This document shows positions 1 through 11,564 of a DNA stretch of 64,000 nucleotides, piece by piece. The notes under the pieces are model-generated. The model ran no database searches. It was not told the DNA's origin and saw nothing but the letters and a program-made list of their open reading frames with translations. Every line of letters starts with the position of its first letter. The stretch's first letter is position 1. The stretch lies in assembly GCA_013336275.1 (NCBI GenBank), contig JAAXUA010000002.1:45057-109056 (forward strand), written 5' to 3'. The DNA is from Candidatus Falkowbacteria bacterium. Its GTDB lineage: Bacteria > Patescibacteriota > Patescibacteriia > Patescibacteriales > GWE2-39-37. Both the position numbers and the translations under genes were made by a program.

Positions 1-2
1 AG

Positions 3-497
3 GGCGTAATCGCCCATGAGCTGTCGCACATCGGCAACCGTGACATCCTGATTTCCACGGTCGTCACGGTCTTGGTCGGCGTAGTAGTCCTATTAGCCGA
101 TTGGTTCAGGCACTGGTCATTTTTCGGTCACAGCAAATCAGACAGCGACAATCGTGACGGCCGCATTACCCTGATCATTACGGTGCTGGCAATCGTTTTG
201 TCGATTCTGGCTCCGATTTTCGCCTATATGATGCAGTTTGCCATCTCGCGCAAGCGTGAGTTTTTGGCTGATGCTGACGGTGCGCTTTTGACCCGCTATC
301 CGGAAGGTTTGGCTCGAGCACTGGAAAAGATATCTGCCGACCAGGAGCCGCTAGAAGTGGCCAACCGGGCCACGGCTCACATGTACATCGTTACGCCGCT
401 CAAAGGCGAGGCGGCAATCGGCTGGTTCTCGAAATTGTTCATGACTCATCCGCCGGTCGAAGAGCGCATCAAAGCTCTGCGAAGCCAGGGGGTTTAA
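3..497 (+). CDS. htpX: Zn-metalloprotease HtpX (M48 family), 5'-truncated by the window edge
   Basis: The same frame as track ORF 72..497 is open from nt 3 and reads GVIAHELSHIGNRD (HExxH). TM stretches follow, and the C-terminal ...FMTHPPVEERIKALR is typical of HtpX. Confidence 0.85.
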   Translation, partial: GVIAHELSHIGNRDILISTVVTVLVGVVVLLADWFRHWSFFGHSKSDSDNRDGRITLIITVLAIVLSILAPIFAYMMQFAISRKREFLADADGALLTRYPEGLARALEKISADQEPLEVANRATAHMYIVTPLKGEAAIGWFSKLFMTHPPVEERIKALRSQGV

Positions 498-502
498 GGG
501 TT

Positions 503-1237
503 ATGTGGAATCAAGAGAAAATAACCGACCACGCCCAGGCCGCCAGGCTGCTCTGCCAGATAAAGGATAGCTCATTTTCATTGATCGCGAGCAGACGCGA
601 TGTCAGCGAGTATGAGGTGCAGCAGCACATCGTCGAACAGTTCGTCCGTAACGGCTTAGTGACTGATCGCGACAGCGCGATTGTTGCCTTTGATACGAAT
701 ACGTCTTTCGTCCACTATTATCCGACCAAAGAGTGTAAGCAGCTAGAACCGGAGTCGCTGATTATGATCGACCTTTGGGCCAGGCTGGATAAGGATGACG
801 CGCCATTTGCAGATATCACCTGGATGGCTTACTATGGAGATTCACCAGCCTCAGAGATTGCGGCCGTATACGTTTTAGTGATCAAGGCCAGGGATGCCGG
901 TTTGAAGCTGATTAGGAGAAATTTGAAAAAGGGACAGATGCCGACCGGCAAGATGGTCGACGATGAGGTGCGCAAGGTGATTGCGACCGCTGGTTACGGC
1001 GATAAATTTCTCCACACCACCGGGCATAGCTTGGGTTTCGATTCGCCTCACGGCAAGGAATTCGGGCTCAACTGGAAAAGCGAGCGCCCCTTGATCAAGA
1101 ATCTGGCTTACACCATCGAACCAGGGGTCTATCTGGAAAATAGGTTCGGCGTGCGCTCGGAAATCGATTTCTATATAGACGACAAATTGGAACTCATCAT
1201 AACGACCGATGTTCAAAAAGAGTTGGTTATGATTTAA
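503..1237 (+). CDS. M24-family metallopeptidase (Xaa-Pro aminopeptidase/creatinase fold)
   Basis: 244 aa. Pita-bread-fold metal-ligand motifs HTTGHSLG and YTIEPGVY...GVRSE. Starts 6 nt after the htpX stop. Confidence 0.7.
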   Translation: MWNQEKITDHAQAARLLCQIKDSSFSLIASRRDVSEYEVQQHIVEQFVRNGLVTDRDSAIVAFDTNTSFVHYYPTKECKQLEPESLIMIDLWARLDKDDAPFADITWMAYYGDSPASEIAAVYVLVIKARDAGLKLIRRNLKKGQMPTGKMVDDEVRKVIATAGYGDKFLHTTGHSLGFDSPHGKEFGLNWKSERPLIKNLAYTIEPGVYLENRFGVRSEIDFYIDDKLELIITTDVQKELVMI

Positions 1238-1268
1238 CTAGGAAAGTTATTATAAATAATCTTCGTAG

Positions 1269-1342
1269 GTCCGGCTTTCAACATCATTTTTATCACTTAG
1301 ACGGGTACGTATGCGCGATAAAAATGATGTTGAAAGCCGGAC
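1269..1342. repeat. Long perfect inverted repeat (24-26 bp stem, 22-nt loop) in the intergenic region
   Basis: 1271-1294 ccggctttcaacatcatttttatc is the exact reverse complement of 1317-1340. Two flanking pairs extend the stem. No U-run follows on either strand. Confidence 0.9.
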
Positions 1343-1379
1343 TAGCGCAAAGATATTAACAAATAATAGATAAAATAAT

Positions 1380-2792
1380 ATGCCAAAAACAGATTATCAA
1401 AAAATGGAAAAGGAATTATTCTTCGAAAAGAGAAATGCTTGGGAGGTTTGGGACGAAAAGCAGACCAAAGAAGCAATGAATTTTTCTGAAGGGTATAAGA
1501 AGTTTTTAGATGAGGCTAAGACCGCGCGCGAGTCGGTCAAGGCTGGCGTCCGTTTGGCTGAAAAGGCCGGCTTCAAGGCTTTGGACAAGTCTGGCAAGCT
1601 CAAAGCCGGAGACAAAGTCTACGCAGTGAACAAGAATAAGACTTTGGCGCTCGTAGTGGTTGGCAAAGATATGGTCGAAGACGGTTTCAGCTTGGTGATG
1701 TCTCACATCGATTCGCCGCATCTTGATTTGAAGGTCAACCCGCTTTACGAAGATGAGGCGATGGCTTTTTTCAAGACCCACTATTACGGCGGGATCAAGA
1801 AATACCATTGGCCCACCACGCCTTTAGCCTTGCACGGCACGGTCGTTTTGGCGAGCGGCAAAAAGGTTGAAATCAAGATCGGCGAAAAAGAGAGCGATCC
1901 GATTTTCATGATTACCGACTTGCTGCCCCATTTGGGCAAGAGCCAGGCGAAAAAGAGCATTGATGAAGCCGTGGCGGGTGAAGAGCTGAATATTTTAGTC
2001 GGTTCTTTGCCGGTCAAAGATGACAAGGTTAAGGCCAAGGTCAAATTGGCGATCATGGAACATCTGAACAAGGAATACGGGATTATAGGCGAAGATTTTT
2101 TCAGCGCCGAAATCGAGGCCATGCCTGAGGCCAAGGCGCGCGACCTGGGCTTTGACCGTTCATTCGTTGCCGCCTTCGGCCAGGATGACCGTGTCTGTGC
2201 CTACGCTTCGTTGGCTGCGTTGTTCAAGAGCAAAGCGGGCAAACGGACTCAGGTCTGCCTGTGGGTCGATCGCGAGGAGATCGGTTCTGATGGCACGACC
2301 GGGGCTAAATCGATATTTATCGAAAGCCTGGTGGCCGAGCTCCTGGAAAAAACCGGCAAGAAGGGCACTATGCGCGAGGTTTATCAGGTAATGGAGAAGA
2401 GTGAGGCGCTTTCGAGCGATGTGACGGCCGGTTACGACCCGGACTACAAGAGCGTCCACGACCCGATGAACGTAGCCAAGATCGGCTGCGGCGTGGCGGT
2501 TGAGCGGCACACCGGCTATGGCGGCAAATACGGCACGACCGAGGCTAGCGCCGAGTTCGTCCAGCGCTTGCGCACCATTTTTAATAAGAACAAGGTGATT
2601 TGGCAGACTGCGGGTCTCGGAAAAGTCGACGAGGGCGGCGGCGGCACGATCGCCAAGTTTTTGGCCGAACGCAATATGGAGGTCATCGATATCGGCGTGG
2701 CCTTGATGAATATGCACGCCCCGATGGAAATCGCTTCGAAAGCCGACATCTACTCGGCCTACCAGTCATATATTGCATTTTATCAGGCATAA
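1380..2792 (+). CDS. M18-family aminopeptidase (aspartyl aminopeptidase-like)
   Basis: 470 aa. Motifs SHIDSPHLDLK, HYYGGIKKYHW, DREEIGS and MHAPMEI are characteristic of M18 aminopeptidases. Confidence 0.8.
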   Translation: MPKTDYQKMEKELFFEKRNAWEVWDEKQTKEAMNFSEGYKKFLDEAKTARESVKAGVRLAEKAGFKALDKSGKLKAGDKVYAVNKNKTLALVVVGKDMVEDGFSLVMSHIDSPHLDLKVNPLYEDEAMAFFKTHYYGGIKKYHWPTTPLALHGTVVLASGKKVEIKIGEKESDPIFMITDLLPHLGKSQAKKSIDEAVAGEELNILVGSLPVKDDKVKAKVKLAIMEHLNKEYGIIGEDFFSAEIEAMPEAKARDLGFDRSFVAAFGQDDRVCAYASLAALFKSKAGKRTQVCLWVDREEIGSDGTTGAKSIFIESLVAELLEKTGKKGTMREVYQVMEKSEALSSDVTAGYDPDYKSVHDPMNVAKIGCGVAVERHTGYGGKYGTTEASAEFVQRLRTIFNKNKVIWQTAGLGKVDEGGGGTIAKFLAERNMEVIDIGVALMNMHAPMEIASKADIYSAYQSYIAFYQA

Positions 2793-2796
2793 ACAT

Positions 2797-3156
2797 ATGG
2801 GAATCAGAGTCGAATTCAATCCTGACCTTTGCTTGCGCGACATTTCAGAATATCGAGCAGGCAGGCGGCTCGAGGCGGAGTGCCTGCCTGAGCAGCTAAC
2901 CGAGGGCGCGGTATATGATTTTTTGAAATCAGACCAGCGGCTTTACTGGCTGTTCGGCGAACTGCCGCTGCGCGAGACCAAGGGTGGAGAAAAATTATCA
3001 CTGCCCAAGGCCAGTGTGATCATCAAGGAAGTCACGCACTTCGTTCGAGACGGTAAAATATTCACCAAGGGCAGATATGAAGTGGCCAAGGTGTTATCCG
3101 ATACGGATGATTATTTCGAGGGTTATGAAATCAAGAAACGGGACCATGAGCAATAA
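2797..3156 (+). CDS. Hypothetical protein
   Basis: First ATG (2797) after the M18 stop. Balanced amino-acid composition. I recognise no motif. The track's 2773 start would overlap the upstream gene. Confidence 0.5.
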   Translation: MGIRVEFNPDLCLRDISEYRAGRRLEAECLPEQLTEGAVYDFLKSDQRLYWLFGELPLRETKGGEKLSLPKASVIIKEVTHFVRDGKIFTKGRYEVAKVLSDTDDYFEGYEIKKRDHEQ

Positions 3157-3301
3157 GGAACTGCAGGAAAAACTGAAACCGAAAAAGCGCAACAACCCGG
3201 TTGATGACGCGATTAAGACGATTCTCAAATCGCAGTCCGAATGCTGCGTAAGAGCCAGGGCGAAATTAGAGGAATTAGAAAAAAAAGATGAAGAAAAATA
3301 G
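3146..3301 (+). CDS. Small hypothetical protein (51 aa, Lys/Glu-rich, CC pair)
   Basis: An internal ATG of track ORF 3077..3301. It overlaps the upstream stop by 11 nt and the U32 start by 14 nt, a pattern consistent with translational coupling. Confidence 0.3.
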   Translation: MSNKELQEKLKPKKRNNPVDDAIKTILKSQSECCVRARAKLEELEKKDEEK

Positions 3302-4547
3302 TATCAGAAAACCGGAGCTGTTGGCACCGGCGGGCAATCTGGAAAAGATGAAGACTGCGTTCGCTTTCGGAGCGGATGCTGTTTATGCCGGCATTCCGGA
3401 CTTTTCCCTGCGTACGCGTATCAATGACTTCACTTTGGCCAGCCTGAAAGAAGCTGTCGAGTATGCTCGCGAACGGGGCAAGAAAGTCTATGTGACGATC
3501 AATATCTTCGCCCATAACGAGCATCTGGCTAAATTGCCGGGATATTTGAAAGAGCTTAAGAAGATCAAGCCCGATGCGCTGATCGTGTCCGACCCGGGAG
3601 TAATCAGCATGATCAAGAAGCAGTGGCCGGAGGCGGAAATCCACCTCTCGACCCAGGCTAACTGCACGAATTCGTCAGCGGCTGAGTTTTGGTGGAAAAG
3701 CGGAGTCAAGCGCGTCATCTTGGGCCGGGAAGTCGCTTATGAAGATATCCTTTCGATAAAAAAGGCCGTGCCGAAGCTGGAGCTGGAAACTTTCATCCAT
3801 GGCGCCATGTGCATGGCCTATTCCGGGCGCTGCTTCCTTTCGAAATTTCTGGTTGGCCGCAGCGGCAATCTGGGAGACTGCGTCCAGCCGTGCCGCTGGA
3901 ATTACGGTTCGGCTAGTATCGCCATCAAGCCGGATGGGCACGATTCGGAATTCGAATTAGTCGAGGAGCAGCATGGTTCCTATATCCTGAATTCCAATGA
4001 CATGTGTTTGATGAAGCGCATGCCTGAATTGATGGCCAGCGGCCTGGATTCTCTCAAGATCGAGGGGCGAGCCAAGAGCGCTTATTATCTGGCGGCCGTC
4101 GTCGGCGCCTATCGTAAGGCCATTGATGAATTATCAAGTGGTAAAACGGATGACCGGGCGCAAAAGCTTCTGGCCAAGAAGCTATTCAAAGAACTGGAAG
4201 AAAAATTGGTCCATCGCGGCTATACCGAGGGGTTTATGTTTGGCGAGGGCAAGAGTGCTCAGAATCTTGCAAATTCTCATAATGAATGTGCTTGGGAGTT
4301 TTGCGGCCAAGTCATTGGTTCAAAAAATGGACTTACTTTAGTCAAAATACATAATGCTTTGCGGGTTGGAGACCAGATTGAGGCGCTTTTGCCCGGGTAT
4401 GATATAATAAGGAAAAAGGTGGATAGGATTATTGATGCGGAAACGGGCGAACCCTTAGAATCAGCCCATGGCGGCCAGGGAAGGATGGCGCTTCTTGATT
4501 TTAAGAGGGACGTGCCGGAGTTCAGTGTTTTGAGAAGAAGGGTTTAA
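3288..4547 (+). CDS. Peptidase U32 family protein (collagenase-like / RNA hydroxylation-associated family)
   Basis: PELLAPAGNLEKMKTAFAFGADAVY at the N-terminus and the U32 signature ETFIHGAMCMAYSGRCFLS. Confidence 0.85.
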   Translation: MKKNSIRKPELLAPAGNLEKMKTAFAFGADAVYAGIPDFSLRTRINDFTLASLKEAVEYARERGKKVYVTINIFAHNEHLAKLPGYLKELKKIKPDALIVSDPGVISMIKKQWPEAEIHLSTQANCTNSSAAEFWWKSGVKRVILGREVAYEDILSIKKAVPKLELETFIHGAMCMAYSGRCFLSKFLVGRSGNLGDCVQPCRWNYGSASIAIKPDGHDSEFELVEEQHGSYILNSNDMCLMKRMPELMASGLDSLKIEGRAKSAYYLAAVVGAYRKAIDELSSGKTDDRAQKLLAKKLFKELEEKLVHRGYTEGFMFGEGKSAQNLANSHNECAWEFCGQVIGSKNGLTLVKIHNALRVGDQIEALLPGYDIIRKKVDRIIDAETGEPLESAHGGQGRMALLDFKRDVPEFSVLRRRV

Positions 4548-4589
4548 AATCGCATAACCTGCCGGCAGGCAGGAGCATAACGCGTAAAG

Positions 4590-5177
4590 ATGATTTCATA
4601 TTTGAAAGGACAACTCAAAGGCAAGCATAAGAATTATTTCATCGTGGTAGTGGCTGATGTCGGCTACCAGGTATTCGTCAATCAGACACTGTTCTCAGAG
4701 TTTGTTGCCGGGCAGCCAATCGAGCTGTACACCCATCAATACATCAAGGAAGATGCGTTAGACCTTTATGGTTTTAAGGGTTTGGAAGAGCTGGAGATGT
4801 TCGAGCTGCTTTTGTCTATTTCGGGCGTCGGTCCGAAATCTGCCTTGGGCATCTTGTCGGTCGCCAAGACCGAGGAGCTCAAGGTGACTATAGCGCGCGG
4901 AGATTCGTCGATTCTGACGAAGGTCTCCGGCATCGGCCGCAAGACTGCCGAGCGCATCGTGCTCGAGCTGCGCGACAAGGTTGCGGCGATCGGCACCGGA
5001 GAAATGATCGCTGGCGGCGGCTCATCGTCAGGCATGGCGCAAAGCGACGAGATCGATGCCTTGTTGGCTTTGGGGTACAGCCTACAGCAAGCGCGCGAAG
5101 CATTGCGCGAGATCGATCCGTCATTGAAGAATTCCAGCGAGCGCATCAGGGCGGCATTAAAAACCTTAGGCAAATAA
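4590..5177 (+). CDS. ruvA: Holliday junction branch-migration complex subunit RuvA
   Basis: MISYLKGQL start, HhH region LLLSISGVGPKSALGILS and VSGIGRKTAERIVLEL, and a C-terminal domain III. Confidence 0.9.
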   Translation: MISYLKGQLKGKHKNYFIVVVADVGYQVFVNQTLFSEFVAGQPIELYTHQYIKEDALDLYGFKGLEELEMFELLLSISGVGPKSALGILSVAKTEELKVTIARGDSSILTKVSGIGRKTAERIVLELRDKVAAIGTGEMIAGGGSSSGMAQSDEIDALLALGYSLQQAREALREIDPSLKNSSERIRAALKTLGK

Positions 5178-5186
5178 AACAATTCT

Positions 5187-6176
5187 ATGAATATCGTACA
5201 CGTTTCCGACAAGAAGCAGCTTGACGATTTCGTCGGCGGCCAAAAGAATAGCCAGTTCATCCAGTCATGGGAGTGGGGCGAGTTCCAAAAAGATGTCAGC
5301 GGCAATGTCTGGCGTATCGCAGTTGAGGATGCCGGCCAGCTGGTGGCCTCAGCCAAGGTCATTAAGAAGGACCTGCCCATGGGCAAGAGTTATTTCTATT
5401 GCGGCCGCGGTCCGATTTTCGCCGACGCAGTCTGGCACGAAGAGGCTGCGCGGCTGCTTTATGCGGAAATCGAGCGTATTGCCAAAGATGAGATGGTCAT
5501 GTTCATGCGCTTCGATCCTTATTTCGACTGTCACAACGAGATGCAGCGGCTGGCTGGCGATCGTCCGTTCTTCAAGACGACCGATGTGCAGCCGAGCAAG
5601 ACATTGATCGTAGACATCTCTGGCGAGCCTGAAGAAATCTTGAAGAATATGCATCAGAAGACCCGTTATAATATCAAATTAGCGGAGAAGAAAGGCATTA
5701 AGGTGGTTGAGGCCGGCAAGGAGCGATTCGAGGAATTTTGGACCTTGTTGGATCAGACTACTGGACGAGATAAGTTCCGGCCGCATGGACGGAGCTACTA
5801 CCAAGAGATGCTCGACCTGCCAAGCGATTTTTTGAAGCTGCTCTTTGCCGAATATCGAGGCAAAGCGATTGCTGCCAGTATCGTCTCGTTTTTCGGCGAT
5901 ACCGCGACGTATCTCCATGGCGGCTCGGCCAATGACGAGCGCAATGTCATGGCACCCTATGCCTTGCAGTGGCAGACTATATTGATGGCTAAAGCGCAGG
6001 GTCTGAGCTATTACGACCTGCATGGCGCTGATGAGAAGAAGTGGCCCGGCGTAACCAAGTTCAAGCAAGGCTTCGGTGGCACGGAGATCGAGTATCCCGG
6101 AACTTTCGACCTCGTGTTCGACCAAGGCTGGTATGCCATCTACAAAATGGTGAGACAAGTGCGCAGAAGTTTTTAG
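5187..6176 (+). CDS. FemAB-family peptidoglycan interpeptide-bridge aminoacyltransferase
   Basis: FIQSWEWGEFQ, HQKTRYNIKLAEKKG and YLHGGS...APYALQW are typical FemA/FemB/FemX motifs. Confidence 0.75.
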   Translation: MNIVHVSDKKQLDDFVGGQKNSQFIQSWEWGEFQKDVSGNVWRIAVEDAGQLVASAKVIKKDLPMGKSYFYCGRGPIFADAVWHEEAARLLYAEIERIAKDEMVMFMRFDPYFDCHNEMQRLAGDRPFFKTTDVQPSKTLIVDISGEPEEILKNMHQKTRYNIKLAEKKGIKVVEAGKERFEEFWTLLDQTTGRDKFRPHGRSYYQEMLDLPSDFLKLLFAEYRGKAIAASIVSFFGDTATYLHGGSANDERNVMAPYALQWQTILMAKAQGLSYYDLHGADEKKWPGVTKFKQGFGGTEIEYPGTFDLVFDQGWYAIYKMVRQVRRSF

Positions 6177-6245
6177 CACAGGGTTTTTGTAATTAGAAGA
6201 CGAGCAGCAGAGCTGGTATTGTTCAGAAGCAATTAAATTATCATC

Positions 6246-7637
6246 ATGAATACAATTTTAAATATCATAAAACGCGCGATTCCCAAAAAACTGTTCAAGT
6301 CGCTCCAGCCGAGCTACCATTACGCAATGAGCTGGTTAGCATCGGTCGCCTATCGTGCCCCATCGAATAAATTAATAGTCATCGGTGTTACTGGGACCAC
6401 CGGTAAAACCACCAGCACTTTTTTGATCGCCAAGACGCTTGCCGCCTTGGGCTACAAAGTCGGTTACACTTCAACGGCCATGTTCAACGATGGCCAACGG
6501 GAGTGGCTCAACGATAAGAAAATGACGATGCCCGGGCGATTCTTCACTCAAGCGATTTTGGCCAAGATGGTCGAGAACGGCTGCCAGTATGCGATCGTCG
6601 AGACAACCTCTGAGGGTATTCGTCAGTTCCGCCATCGTTTCATTAATTACGACATCCTGGTTTTTACCGGCCTTTACCCGGAACACATCGAATCGCATGG
6701 CGGCTTCGAAAATTATAAGCAGGCCAAGGGGCGGCTGTTCTCCCATCTGAAGAGCTGCAAGACTAAATATATCGACGAACAGAAGCGGGTCAGCTTGGCC
6801 GAAACCTCGATCAAGAAGCTTGACCTGCAGCGCGTCAAAAAGACCATCATTCTTAATCTTGACGATGAGCATGTGGATTATTTCGGCGGATTCTGGTCGG
6901 AAAGCAAGTGGGGTTTCAGCCGGCGCAAATACAGTTCCAGCCGCGAGCTTTCCGTCTTGACCTATGACCACATAATCAACACTCAGTCAGGACTAAACTT
7001 CGCCGTCAATGATACGAAATTCCGCTTGAAATTGCTGGGGGAATTCAACGCCACAAACGCCATGACCGCCATCGCGGTAGCTATGGACCAGGGCAAAGAG
7101 TTGGGACGCATCAGGGCCGCGCTTGAAACAATCCTCGGGGTTCCCGGCCGGCTTGAACGCATCGATGCAGGTCAGGATTTCGCCGTAATTGTCGATTATG
7201 CCTTCGAGCCTAATGCAGTCAGCAAGCTTTATGAGACTATCGAGGCCATCCCGCATCAGCGCAAGCTGCACGTGTTGGGTTCGGCTGGCGGCGGCCGGGA
7301 TACTTCAAGACGGCCGATTTTAGGGAGAATAGCCGGAGAAAGGGCAGATACGGTCATCGTTACCAATGAGGATCCTTACGATGAGAATCCGGAGATAATT
7401 GTCGACCAGGTGATCGTCGGAGCGGAAAAGGCCGGAAAAGTCTTGAACGAGGACCTTTTCAAGATTATGGACCGCCGACAGGCCATCGCCAAAGCTCTTG
7501 GCCTGGCTCAAGCAGGCGATATAGTGCTTATTACGGGCAAAGGCTCAGAACAGGGCATAGTCGGTCCGCATGGCAAAATCGAGGTTTGGGACGACCGGAA
7601 AGTCGTTAGGGAAGAGCTAGCCAAGCTCGGTATTTGA
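6246..7637 (+). CDS. Mur ligase family protein (MurE-like, third-residue-adding enzyme)
   Basis: P-loop VIGVTGTTGKTTST, central and C-terminal Mur ligase motifs (GEFNATNAM, VVDYAFEPN, GSAGGGRD, ITGKG). Lacks the DNPR motif; it has TNEDPYDE instead. Confidence 0.75.
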   Translation: MNTILNIIKRAIPKKLFKSLQPSYHYAMSWLASVAYRAPSNKLIVIGVTGTTGKTTSTFLIAKTLAALGYKVGYTSTAMFNDGQREWLNDKKMTMPGRFFTQAILAKMVENGCQYAIVETTSEGIRQFRHRFINYDILVFTGLYPEHIESHGGFENYKQAKGRLFSHLKSCKTKYIDEQKRVSLAETSIKKLDLQRVKKTIILNLDDEHVDYFGGFWSESKWGFSRRKYSSSRELSVLTYDHIINTQSGLNFAVNDTKFRLKLLGEFNATNAMTAIAVAMDQGKELGRIRAALETILGVPGRLERIDAGQDFAVIVDYAFEPNAVSKLYETIEAIPHQRKLHVLGSAGGGRDTSRRPILGRIAGERADTVIVTNEDPYDENPEIIVDQVIVGAEKAGKVLNEDLFKIMDRRQAIAKALGLAQAGDIVLITGKGSEQGIVGPHGKIEVWDDRKVVREELAKLGI

Positions 7638-7726
7638 CACGGTTATCGGCTGTTGATAAGTTGTGGACCTTCTTGAATTTTGTCTGACGATATTTTGGGT
7701 AAAATAAGCTAATATTAAATAAAAAA

Positions 7727-7755
7727 TGGCAAATCTTGCCAGGTTTTATTTTTTT
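7727..7755 (+). terminator. Candidate intrinsic terminator after the Mur ligase gene
   Basis: tggcaa-atc-ttgcca hairpin followed by ggttttatttttttt. Confidence 0.5.
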
Positions 7756-7766
7756 TGCATCTACTC

Positions 7767-7795
7767 TTGACAACTTCGCCCAAGGTTGTTAAGAT
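7767..7795 (+). promoter_or_regulatory. Sigma-70-type promoter candidate upstream of rpoB
   Basis: TTGACA (7767-7772), a 17-nt spacer, then TAAGAT (7790-7795), in an AT-rich gap. Confidence 0.5.
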
Positions 7796-8085
7796 AATAA
7801 AGTCTCAAAATACTTAACATTTAAAACTATTAGATAGTTTTTAGAAGAAAACGGAACACTGTCACAGAGTTGTGATATCGAATACCGTTTTTTTATTTTT
7901 TTGACTGACCGCCTCTCCTTTTTATTGTGCTAAAGTTAGATAATTATCGGCTTGCATACAAGGGCCGAATATTTAATAATTTTCTCCCCGTGCGTTAAAT
8001 TTCTAAAAATAGAGTGGCTATCTTTCCAAGGTAAATTAAATATCAATTAATATAACTCAAGAGTAACTAAACTTGAGATTTTTTT

Positions 8086-11541
<3,456 letters not shown>

Positions 11542-11564
11542 TTAATTATAACACTCGACATACT

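Noticed and set aside
5221-5607. A 128-aa ORF in the +2 frame overlapping the FemAB gene
   Set aside because: It is Ser/Arg/Ala-rich and low-complexity, and lies entirely inside a well-supported gene.
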